Source of the DNA: Azolla caroliniana
Taxonomy: Eukaryota; Plantae; Polypodiophyta
Length of the DNA: 64,000 nt
Direction: 5' to 3'
NCBI GenBank assembly: GCA_043228905.1
Contig: JBHGNT010000012.1
Coordinates: 8,246,001-8,310,000 of the forward strand
Shown here piece by piece: positions 23,480 through 35,019 of this stretch; positions within the stretch are counted from its first letter, which is position 1; each line of letters starts with the position of its first letter. The notes under the pieces are model-generated. The model searched no databases and had not been told where the DNA came from. It saw only the letters and a list, made by a program, of their open reading frames with translations. The position numbers and the translations under genes were made by a program.

Positions 23480-24480
23480 AGAGATTAATGTTTTCTAAGG
23501 CCAGAATTTGGCCCATGAGACAATTGGTGTACAACAAATAGGGTGTCTACCCAATCATTGAAATAAAAATAAAAATAAAAATAGGACTTAAGCTAAAAGA
23601 GGTCTAGTATTTGTACAAAACATGTTATGGTGTAACCATAGATTGATCCATGCATAATATTCGTGGTATTCTACATCCGCAATATTCGCTATATTCCAGA
23701 ATATAAAACGGCCCCAAGAATATTATAAAACCATTCGTTTAGATGTATACATACATACATACATACATATATGATATATACATATATGATATATGTGTAT
23801 ACACACATATCACTCATATATGTATATACACAAATACATCAATAATTAATTAACTCACTAATATAATAATTAATTAGTTCACTAATACATTAATTGATTC
23901 ACTAATGCATTAATTGATTCAATAATACATTAATTGATTCACTAATACATTAATTAATTTACTAATACATATCTTAATTCATTCAAAAATATTAGTTATT
24001 AAGTTAATTAATTAATAATCAATTAATTAGGGCTTCTACTAAACTTAGGGTTTCAGTGAGAGCGTGAGTTGAGGACGTACGGTTTCAGTGAGAACAGGAT
24101 GTAGGATTAGAATAGAGCATGAGAGGGAGTTGAGGACGCGGGATCAAAAGAAAGTACTACTGTCTAAATTAGGTTTATGATAGAAATTAGGGTTTTCAAC
24201 CGAAACCCTAATTTTTTGGCCGAGAACAAGATGCAGAGGGAAACGAGGGCGGACAGGGAGTAGGGTGAGGCTTCCTCGCTCGTTGCTCGTTGTTTGTTCA
24301 CTCGCTCAGATGAAGAAAAACTGTTTTTTATTTTTTATTTAAAAAATTCAAAAAAAGAAGAAAACGAATATATTTATATGTATTCGTATTCCTATTCGTA
24401 TGGATTCGTGGGGTAGGCCCCACGAATGCGAATATTTCAATCTATGGGTGTAACATATTCGATAAAGGAAATGACTTTGT
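23480..24480 (-). mobile_element. 3' fragment of a family-A-related LINE, interrupted by a MITE
   Basis: 23480-23636 and 24455-24480 align to the reverse complement of 9640-9815. Confidence 0.75.
23637..24446. mobile_element. Non-autonomous hAT-type element (MITE), 810 bp
   Basis: TIRs CATAGATTGA / TCAATCTATG; perfect 8-bp TSD GGTGTAAC (23629-23636, 24447-24454); internal 20-bp tandem repeat TTCACTAATACATTAATTGA at about 23855-23970. Confidence 0.9.
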
Positions 24481-24549
24481 AGTAAGAAGAAAAAAAAAGC
24501 AAGAGTGGAGAGGGGAAGAAGAAGAAGTGAATTTGTTTTTGTTGCTGCA

Positions 24550-27500
24550 CTCTATCGGCAACGGAATTGGGCATAAAGACAAGTCTTAGAAAGCCCTTGA
24601 TTAGAGCTTCTTAATGAGATATAACAAGTTAAATTGGTGGTTTGTATAAGAAGCAACAATAGACATAAGAAATCTTGTGTTGTCAGCATCCACATACTCA
24701 ACACACATTGCGGGTTTCCAATTGTCTTCATCATTTTCGACCTCTTCAATCGGGTGAGTTCCGTTTGTCTCTGTTGTTCAATTGAAAATTGTTTTTATCC
24801 TAGATCGAAATCACATCAAGAATAATGGATATAAACATGAATTCCTCACAAATTGTGGGGGAGATCGATATGGAAACAATTGATCCAAAAAAGAGTAATG
24901 TGATGGTTGAATGTAATTGTGAAAGGGGAGACATTGGAAGCTCTAAGAGGTTTAAGGGTATTGAGGAAATTAATGAGAAAAAATTGACATATGCTGAAGT
25001 AATACATGTAGATGAGGTTGACAAGGATCATTATAATTGGGATAATTTATGGGGAATTGCCAATACCTTGTTGTCTGATATTGTGGAAGAAAATGAAAAT
25101 GAAGCAAAAGAATGCATTGATAGAAGTTGATGCTAAGGCAGTGTTGCAATCTTTTGATGTATTCTATGATCGTGCAGTTATATTCTTTTTTACCGGGAAA
25201 CTCACATACATTAATTGGATTAAACAATAGTTGAACACAATTGTGTTCAAAATTTATATGCAGGACCATGAGGGTTTTATGATGTAGTATTTCGTTCACC
25301 GGAACATCGAAGTGCATTATTGGCTAAAGTTCCTGTGTTTTTTGATAAACAATTGGTGCATTTAATGCAATGGTCCCCGTAGTGGACTATCATGCTTTGT
25401 TAAAACAAGAATTCCCTGTTTGGGTAACAGTGGATTGTAAGCATGCTTTTTTATGGCCACTTTTACCAGAGTTGATGAGTCAAATGGGTAAAGTGTTGGT
25501 ATCTCCACATACAAATGCGACAAATAAGTCCAGATTTTGTGTGTTATGGGATACAAGTCATAAGAGGCTAGGCTGGGTGTGTATGAACACACCTGGAATG
25601 AAAAGACTTTGTTTTAAATTGAAGTGGGAGACATTTGTAGGTCATTGTTTTGGATGTGGTGAATGGGGTCACTTTATGACGGAATGCCATCGTCATTGTC
25701 CCTCAACTATATAGGTTCCTAATGAAGGGAATGGTAAGGAAGGAGTTGGGAGAGATGTTGGTGTGTCAAATATTGTGGTTGTTATGGATGAAGGAACATC
25801 ATCTAGAGCAGGTTATAAAGAGGTCTCACTTCAAGGTTTGGGCCCTAAGAATAAGGGAACTCAATCTATGGATATCGAAAAACAAAGCTTAGTGGTTATA
25901 GATAAGCTTAGGGGAAAAAACCGTTGGATAGAGCTAGTAGTGATGTTGTTGTTGACAAAGATTGGCATCAGGTTAAGGGCAAGTCGAAGGGGAAATCAAT
26001 GAATATACAACGTAATAGTTTGCCCACTACTTGGGAGACTACTTGGCAAGGTAATTCAGGAACTAGGGAGGGTCCTCGAAAAGTTCCTTGGCAACAACAA
26101 TTTAGGGATAAGGGATTACCCCTTCACCTTCAATTTGATTCATTGTGATAGGTTGTAAATTCATCAAATTCTCGAGGTTTTCGTCAAGCGGGAGGACCTA
26201 AATAAAAAAGATTTCACTAGACAACCCTAAGGATGTGGTACATGAAAATCCATATGCAGCATTGGAACATGCTTTGACTAGTTTCATGACATCGGTTGCT
26301 CTAAAGGAGCAAGTGCACCCGTAACATTGTTGATTGAATAAAAGTGGTAACATGGAATGTGAGAGGGGCATGTTCTCCTCATAAGAAGTATATATTATGG
26401 GAAACTTTGTTAAGTAAAGAATGGGATGTATTATGTGCAGTTGAGCATAAGTGTCATGAGTTAGCAGGATCCACAGTTCATTTGTGTGGATATTCATCAT
26501 TCTATGCAGGACATCTTAATAATAATTAATTTCAGGTGTGGTATTAATCGTGCGGGATAAATATTATCCTCAAGTGGTGCATAATGATCCTTATGGTTGG
26601 TTTTTGGTTCTAGAAATCACATTTTTTGGCGAGGTTGTGTGGGTGGTTGGGATTTATGCCCTTAACCAAGCCACTCAACGTATTGCATTATGGGCCTCAC
26701 TCCTTCAAACCCTATGTGTGGGCCGTCCAGGATTACTTATGGGTGATTTTAACATGTGTGTTGATGCATCTCAATCGACGTCTGAACATTCAATCATGGA
26801 TGATCCTAAGCAACTTGCTTGGGATTCATTGGCTATGGAGGTTCTGAAGTTAGATGTTTGGACATGGTTGCATGGGAATGATCTAGGTTTTACTTTCCAA
26901 TCTGCTCAACATAGACAAACATGGAGTCGGTTAGATAGAATGTATGTGATGCATGATGATTCTTTTTTACCGACATCACTTCGTATGACAGTTCAACAAG
27001 ATGTAGGAACTTCAAATCACTTTCCTATTTGTTTGGAGGTTTGTAGTCATGCAATTGACATGTTTAAATCCTTACTTGGAAAGCCTCCATTATGCTTTAA
27101 CTCTTCTCTTTTGCTTCAACCTCACTTTGATTCTCACATGGAGAAAATTTTGGTAAATTTTTCACAAGAAATGAATCTTAAAGGAGTTAAAGCATAGGAT
27201 ATCACGTTAGGAAACATTAAAATCATTCATCGTATGTATGGAGTAACTAATGCTCAATGAAGAAGAGGTCTTCTTCGACAATTCTCACAAGTTCTCTCCA
27301 GGTGTAATGCATTATTGATACATGCACCATTAGATGAGGAGCTTTTGGATGTCCAAAGTCAATTGCAGGTTATTATTTCTCAGTTGCAATGCCAAAGTTA
27401 TCGTTATGGGAAGATGCATCAACTAAAGGATGGGCTCATAGATAATCAATGTCAATCTCATTTGTTTTTCTAAGCGTTATATCCTACTTATGCTCGATCT

Positions 27501-30115
27501 AATGTGGTACATGTGAAGCAAGGGGATGAATTGATAGTGGATCCTACTACAATAATTGACATATGTGTTCATTACTTTAAGGAGTTGATTGGCCCACAAT
27601 TGTTAATGACAAATGAGGTGAGTAGAGCACGTCATGAGTTTTATGATGTCGTTGGATGTATTGAGCATGACCTCATTAGTCATGAATTGGATGTGGATTT
27701 CACTGAGGATGAGGTGGACACGGTTTTAAGGAATCTTCCTAGTGGTAAGAGCACTGGTTGGGATGGCTTGACAAATGAAGTTTTTAACCGACATTTGAAC
27801 ATTTTAAAGGGGCCCTTAAATTTGATGTTTCAACATTCTTGGGGTTCTGGTTGTATGCCTCAAGCTTGGAAGGTTGGTCTAATTAAATTAGTTCCAAAGG
27901 TGACATCTCCTGAGTAATTTCATCAATGGAAACCTATTTCTTTGATGGGGGAGGGGTTATATAAGATATTTACAAAGCTCTTGGCAAATAGATTACAAAA
28001 GTATTTGCCAAAGTTGATACATCTTGTCCAATATGGTTTTATTGCAGGTAGGAATATATTGCATAATGTGTTGAATGTTCAAATGGCCATGGATTATGCT
28101 CAAAACATTAATCAAGAATTAATTATGGTACAATTAGATTTGGTGAATTTAGCTTATGAACATGTTAATTGGTCCTTTGTGTCTGGGTTAATGCATACAA
28201 TGGCTTTGGACCTTATATGTCTCGCCTCATATTTTTATTAGGACAAGATGCAGTGGCTCAAGTAATGCTTAATGGGGGAGTTACATCAGATATTGCTCTC
28301 ACAAGATCCACTTAGCCCATTGTTGTTTGCTATTGTTTGCATCAGAAGGGGGTGCTTGTATGGAACCAATTTGTATTGGCTTCTGGATTACATATCAATT
28401 GGAGGAAGTCTAGTCTCATATCATGTATTGAAAGGGATTCAAAATGTTTAGGATGGCTGAAGGATCAGTGGTTAAGAAAGGCTCTATTTTTCGACAATTG
28501 GGCTATCCATTACGAATGAATGTTACAAATGGTCAATTGATTGAATGGATGTCTAGTAAGTTGAGGGATAAGTTTGACATGTATTGGAAGTCACAATCTT
28601 GGCCATTTCCTGTACGCTTGAAGGTTGTACAATGTATTATGGAACCCATGATATTATATTACTTGCCATTGTTGCCATAGACAAAGAAGGCTTTGCATTA
28701 TGTTTTGCAACCTCTTCGATATTTGTTGTGGAAGAAGAGGGATAAGATGGGATTCACTTGGGTTGCATAGAATCATCTAGCAACACCTAAGCGCTTGGGG
28801 GGAGCTGGAATATTGAAGATATCTATGCATATGATGACTCATAGATTTTCATTATTACAAGAATGTGTTCAAACCTCACAACCATGGATAACTATTGTTC
28901 AATATTTCATTGAGAATAAGGGTTTAACACATGGGAGGACAACGATTAAGGCTTCATGGTGGCAATTACTGAATGGATGTATTTCACTTAGGATTTTGGG
29001 CTCTTCATGTGTTCAACATTTGGTTACCTCATGGCAAGAAGCACTTGTGTTATGTGTATGGAAACCATCACCTAGTAGAGAGCACTGTAATTCTTTGCAA
29101 AAAGAGTTACTTGTGTCTTCTCGGTTATTATGTTGGCCAAGAAAGGAGAGATTGCACGAGCTCAATTTAATCGTTTGTTTTGTTTGGGGGTCAAAGAGGT
29201 GGGAGATATAGTTGAGGTTCCATCTCAAAGAATTTTGGAGTTTGTTGAAGCACGACAATTATTACGCATCCTACCTAATTATGAGCGTATTTGGCAACAA
29301 CTACAAAATATTGCATTGGTGCAAAGTCGCTTACCGCTACAAACAGGAGAACAACCGTGAATTGATTGATGTTTACGAGGTCAAACATCATTGTTACAAG
29401 TGACTAATCTTTTGTATCATTGCTCTGTTGAGTCTCTTGGATGGTTATCATCTTAGGCTGAAGAAGAATGGAAAATACACAAATTTGATCATGGGTGGTG
29501 GCAGATCTTACAACTTTGTTGGCATTCTAAATTGCGACTTGTAGCAAAGGTCTTCATTTGGAGAGTTTTGATTGGAGGATTGTCTTTGGGATTAGCTCTA
29601 AAGCATTGTGGACTAGCAATGGGCAATTACTTCTTTGCACTGTTCAAATGGAAGATAGTACTCATCGATTTATACAATGTTCGATTGCTTGTTAGATTTG
29701 GAGCTACATTTCTCAAATTTGGCAAGTTTTATCACGGTGTTATTTGACACCTAGACAGTGGGTGTTTGCACAATTTAAACAAGTTGACTCAAAATCAGAG
29801 ATGGAGATCGTTTTTCTATTTTTGAGATATTGGGGATTGCATCATAATTGGAACATTTGCAATGCTTTTGTATTTGATGGTAGACATGGAGTGAAAGCAT
29901 ATCTACGAAAGTTGAAGAGAGTACTAATGTGACAATTTTCTTTATTGGAGCAAGTGGAAATTCTTTCATTAGTGGAGTGTTTGTCTTGCCTATTGGCAAT
30001 TCAACATGTTCCACTACCCATGTAGTGTAGTTAGTGGGTAACCATACTCCATTGCCACACCCATTGTAAGTAGTGTTTTTTACACACATTTTTTAATATA
30101 ATTGTGTGTTTTCAC

Positions 30116-30118
<3 letters not shown>
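24550..30118 (+). mobile_element. L1-clade LINE, decayed, RT core partly deleted
   Basis: ORF1 remnants with zinc knuckle CFGCGEWGHFMTEC. ORF2 VTWNVRG, MGDFN, SRLDRMY, SNHFPI, PSGKSTGWDGL, QYGFIAGRNI, KVFIWRVL. The YADD region is missing near 28340. Ends at (GA)n; 5' boundary approximate. Confidence 0.88.
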
Positions 30119-30154
<36 letters not shown>

Positions 30155-30270
30155 CATGGAGACTATGACGTCGTGGGTTCATCCCCTACATTTTGCAATG
30201 ACATTTAGTAAATTAAAACCCAAGACGTATTGTTAGTATCATAACAGCTTACCACTAGGGTAAGATAATT

Positions 30271-32040
30271 AGATAGATAGATTATATTATCATCTTTCGA
30301 GGTCAAATATGACCTAGGAGACCAAAAATATTACATTTCACGTGATACGTGTGAAAGTGAATAGTGACTCTCGATGTCCAAGAACTTTATCAATGAATTT
30401 TCCAATTGAGAGTGCACATTGTGGTTATGAGAGAAATTCGTGCAAGGATAGGGCTCGATCGAAGATGTGTGGAAAGCATGGTCGAATGTAATCAAAGGCA
30501 AAGCATTGTATCAAAGTGTGATACTCAGACTCTCGAACTTGTTTAGGGCAAAGTATGTATGGTTGACCACTCTCATCACTTGTGCCCTAGCGCCCCGGCT
30601 CACATCGCAATGCATGTGAGCTAAGGCGGATAGAAGCAATGGTTCAAATAGTAGACAACAGGATGAGCTCTAACATGTACCGATGTGTACGGTTTCCCCA
30701 TTTCACGAAGAATATGATTTGTGGAAAGCATGGTCGAATGTAATCAAAGGCAAAGCATTGTATCAAAGTGTGATACTCAGACTCTCGAACTTGTTTAGGG
30801 CAAAGTATGTATAGTTGACCACTCTCATCACTTGTGCCCTAACGCCCCAGCTCACATCGCAATGCATGTGAGCTAAGGCGGATAGAAGCAATGGTTCAAA
30901 TAGTAGACAACAGGATGAGCTCTAACATGTACCGATGTGTACGGTTTCCCCATTTCATGAAGAATATGATTTTGTGGTCAGGTGCAACATGTGTAGTATA
31001 ATGTGTGAAGTGTGAGCCTCCACATTTTTCCCATGTCATGATACATTGGCGTTGCAAAAATGCCTCATTTACAAAGGAATCTAGTAATGCATCATGAAGC
31101 AAATGTGTTGCATCCTATGTACCAAACCACTTTTTCATATATTGCATCCAACCAGAACACAAAATTTTGCTTTTATGCAACTTTTGGATCTTTTTTCTTG
31201 CTTCCCATGCAATTCTAGGACGTCAACGAGGGACTTTTTTGAACCTTAAGCATGTATTCAACAACCCTTTCCATGGCCATAATCTCAAAGGGAAATGATC
31301 CCATATCAAGGAGGAGGTGGATGTATGACATTTGTTTCTTAACTTGTAGAAACTTTGTAAGAAAATGTTTTTGGACATTTCAAACTCTGTCCAAGTAGAT
31401 TTAGAGATCTGCTACCACCTATACTTCCACCCCATAGAGAAGCGTCTGTATCACCAAAGTATCGAAAAGGTATTCCTTTAGGATCCAACACTTAATATCT
31501 CCATGATTGCATGTGTTCTCCAATGCATAGTATCGCTTTCCTGCCTCTAAGCGGCGTGTAGCACATTCATTCCATCTATGATTTGAGGGAACTTCAAGGC
31601 TAAGATATTTGAAGCTTTCCACACATTCAAGTGGCTCATCATTGTACATAATGCATGGCTTATCTTTTTTTTGGCTCTTCACAAGCATAATCTTTGTTTT
31701 AGAGCTATTGACAATTAATTTAGTATGCATGCAAATGTTTTTCAATGCCTTCTGTTCATAAGGGTTTGCACATCCCCTAAAGTCTTTGTAAAAAGCATTA
31801 TATCATATGCATATAACAAAATCATAAGACAACATTCCGAATGACAACTTCTTCAACACCTTTCTTTACAAACATAACAACCATTTCTTCAAATTCATCA
31901 ATGCATAGACCAAATAGAGTTGGTGAAAGTGGGCATCCTTGCTTAATACCAATAGTGCTATTGAAAAAATCTAAAAGTTTATTTCTCATACACACAACAT
32001 ATAACCTTCTCATATATTCGGGAGATTGCAAACATATATT
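30271..32040 (-). mobile_element. 5'-truncated RTEX-like LINE family B with internal 252-bp tandem duplication
   Basis: IGIKQGCPLSPTLFGLCIDE, FKYLSLE, LLYGVEV; duplicated unit 30469-30720 / 30721-30972; (GATA)n tail at 30271. Confidence 0.88.
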
Positions 32041-32049
32041 CACTTGGCA

Positions 32050-33062
32050 CCTCGAGTTCTTGGTTTAACACATGGGAGGACAACAATTAAGGCTTCTTGG
32101 AAAGAACAAATTGCCCTCTCAGTTTAATTGTTTGTTTCGTTTGGGGGTCAAAGAGGTGGGAGATATAGCTGAGACTCCATCTCAAAGAATTTTAGAGTTT
32201 GTTAAAGCGCGACAATTATTAAATATCTTGCTCAATTATGGGTTTATCTGGCAACAACTACGAAATATTGCATGGATGTAAGGTCCTTTACCTTTACAAA
32301 TAGAAGAGGAATCATAGATTGATTGGTGTTTACAGGGTTAGGCGTCATTTTTACAGGTGACTACTAATCTTTTGTATCATTGCTTAGTGGCGTCTATTTG
32401 ATGGCTATCATTAAAGTTGAAGAAAAATGGAAAATACATAACTCTAATCATGGATGGTGCCAGATTTTAAAATGTAGTTGGCATTCTAAATTGCCACTTG
32501 TAGCAAAGATCTTCATTTGGAGAGTTTTGATTGGGGATTTGCCTTTGGGATATGTTCGAAAGCAACGTGGACTAGCAACGGGTAATTGCTTTTACATTGT
32601 TCAAATGGAAGGTAATACTGTTTCATATAATGTTTGATTGCTTGTCAAATTTGGAAGTTACATTTCTCAAAATCGGCATGTTTTATCATGGTGTTATTTG
32701 ATGCCAAGATAGTGGGTGTTTGCATTATTCACATACATTGACCCAAAATCAAAATTGAAATTGTTTACCTATTTTTGAGGTATTGGGGATATGTGCAATG
32801 CTTTTGTATTTAATGGTAGGCATGGAGTCAAATCATATGTACCAAAGTTTAAGGGAGTACTAATGTGGCAATATCTTTATTGTAGCAAGTAGAAATTCTT
32901 TCTTCAATGGAGTGTTCATCTTGCGGCTTGCCTATTGGCAATTCTACATGTTCCATTACCCATGTAGTTAATTAGTGGGTGACCAGACTTCGTTGTGATA
33001 CCCATTGTAAGTAATGTTTTTCACACACATTTATTAATATAATTGTGTGTTTTCACCAAAAG
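32050..33062 (+). mobile_element. 3' fragment of the same L1-clade family as 24550-30118
   Basis: Aligns to 28920-30118 with an internal deletion; same 3' end CCCATTGTAAGT..TAATATAATTGTGTGTTTTCAC. Confidence 0.85.
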
Positions 33063-33065
33063 ACA

Positions 33066-33321
33066 AATAGATAGATTATATTATCATCTTTGGAGGTCAA
33101 ATATGACCTATGAGACCAAAAATATTACATTTCATGTGATACATGTGAAAGTGAGTAGTGACTCTTAATGTTCAAGAACTTACCAATGAATGTTGCAATC
33201 AAGAGTGCACATTATGGTTGTGACAGAAATTCATGCAAGGATTGGCCTTGGTTGAAGATATGTGGAAAGCATGGTCGAATGTAATCAAAGGCAAAGCATT
33301 GTATCAAAGTGTGATACTCAC
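33066..33321 (-). mobile_element. LINE family B 3' fragment split by the Gypsy insertion (continues at 39061-39182)
   Basis: GTGATACTCA|..|GACTCTCGAA rejoins to the uninterrupted sequence seen at 30518-30540. Confidence 0.85.
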
Positions 33322-33767
33322 TGTCATGATATGGCAAGACTCAAACCCATGACCTTATGTTACATGGGTTGAGCTTTTGACCATTAGACTATATGTTGTA
33401 ATACAAAGGATATTGTTTTCATTTAGGTTTTACTATAGAAAATTGATGTATATTCCAGATTTCTTTAGAACATTCTAGAAACTTTAGGAGTACTCCTGAG
33501 AACGCTATAAAAGGAAGCACAAGGCATTATTTCGAACCAAATCGGTTCCATGCCAGTCTTACGCCTCCTAGCTACTATTGTATATTCCCGTAACATAATA
33601 TATATCTTTTGTTATCCTCGATCTCTCTCTCACTCTCTCTCACTCTCTCCTTCTCTCAAGAGTTCTACACCTTCCTTAGTACTAATCCTCATCTTTTAGT
33701 ACTAGATCCTTCTCTGTTTTAGTACTGTTCCTGACAGTACTTCTCTGTCTTAGTACTGCTCCTGATA
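33322..33767 (+). repeat. 5' LTR
   Basis: TGTCA...TGATA, TATA at 33506; roughly 20-25 substitutions versus the 3' LTR by manual count. Confidence 0.93.
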
Positions 33768-33858
33768 GGTTGAACCGATTTTCTCTCCTTCTCTTCCTTT
33801 ATCTTCTTACTTCTCCCTCCCTTCATACTAATCTCTTATTCCTCTTTTCTCTCATACT

Positions 33859-35000
33859 ATGGCCATTGTTAGTGCTCAAGAATATCAATCCGTTTTCTCC
33901 GAGCTACAATGCTTGAAAGAGAAGTTCCTTGCTTTGGAAGAAGAAAATCAACGGTTGTTGGGGGATTTCAACAAATCTCCTTAGAAAAGCAGCAGACGCA
34001 ACAACATGGGGAACTAGTGGTGCGCGTGCAACAACTTGAAGCAACCTTAGTAGCGATACAACAACAAGGACCCAGTACGCAAGGGATTCATAAAGAACCC
34101 AAGTTCGGCCTTCCCATGAAATTCGATGGAATGTGATTGTAGTTTAGAGGATTCCTTAATCAAGTACGATTAGTCATTCAAATGCATCCTTCTTGATATC
34201 CCACCGATGCATCACGAGTGGGATTAGTAGGCACTCTACTTAGTGGCACGACTTTGGCATGGTTCGCCCCCTTGTTAGAAAAAAGCTCTCCCTTGTTAAA
34301 TAATTTCAAAGAGTTTATTACTGAGTTTAAAGCCTGTTTTGGAGATATCGACAGTGTTAGAACAACAATCAACAAAATCCGAAGATTGCGCCAAGGTGAG
34401 CGGCTGACCTCGGTTTATGTTGCGGATTTTCGTCTTCTCGCCACTGATATTCCCTGGAATGACCAGGCACTAATGGAGCAATTTCGTTTTGGCCTACGTA
34501 ATGATGTTAAAGATTTACTCTTAACTTTCCCCGAGGAGCCAAAGTCATTGATAGAAGCAATCAGTCGCGCGGTGCGATGCGATAATCGCCTCTTCGAACG
34601 ACATTTGGAAAGTCAGTTCCAAATGCCACGGACAAGATCGGAGCCCACCTACGCTTCAATCGTAGCAAAGCCTTTCCCAAGGGAGTCATTCAATACGCCT
34701 TCAACAAATACTCCGACTCCAATGGAAATTGACACCACACGTCGCCGTGGACCACTATTAGAAGAAGAAAAGCAGCGACACAAGGCAAATCGATTATGTC
34801 TTTATTGCGGTGGACCGAGGCATATTGCAGTGAACTACCCCCATCAACAAAAAAGGTAGGTAAATCAAATATTAACCGCTAGTACTAATAGTACTAAATC
34901 TGAGTCTATTCCTCTAGGTGTGTCTCATAGTCCTAATAGCCCAAACCTTTCAAACAAATTTGAAATCCTTAGTCAACTAGAAGAAGAGTTAAACGATTAA
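33859..35000 (+). pseudogene. Gypsy gag
   Basis: EPKFGLPMKFDG, LAWFAPLLE, LRQG..SVYVADFRLLA..WNDQAL..FRFGLRNDVKD, PMEID, LCLYCGGPRH. Confidence 0.9.
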
Positions 35001-35019
35001 GTCCAGCCAAAATAGGAGC

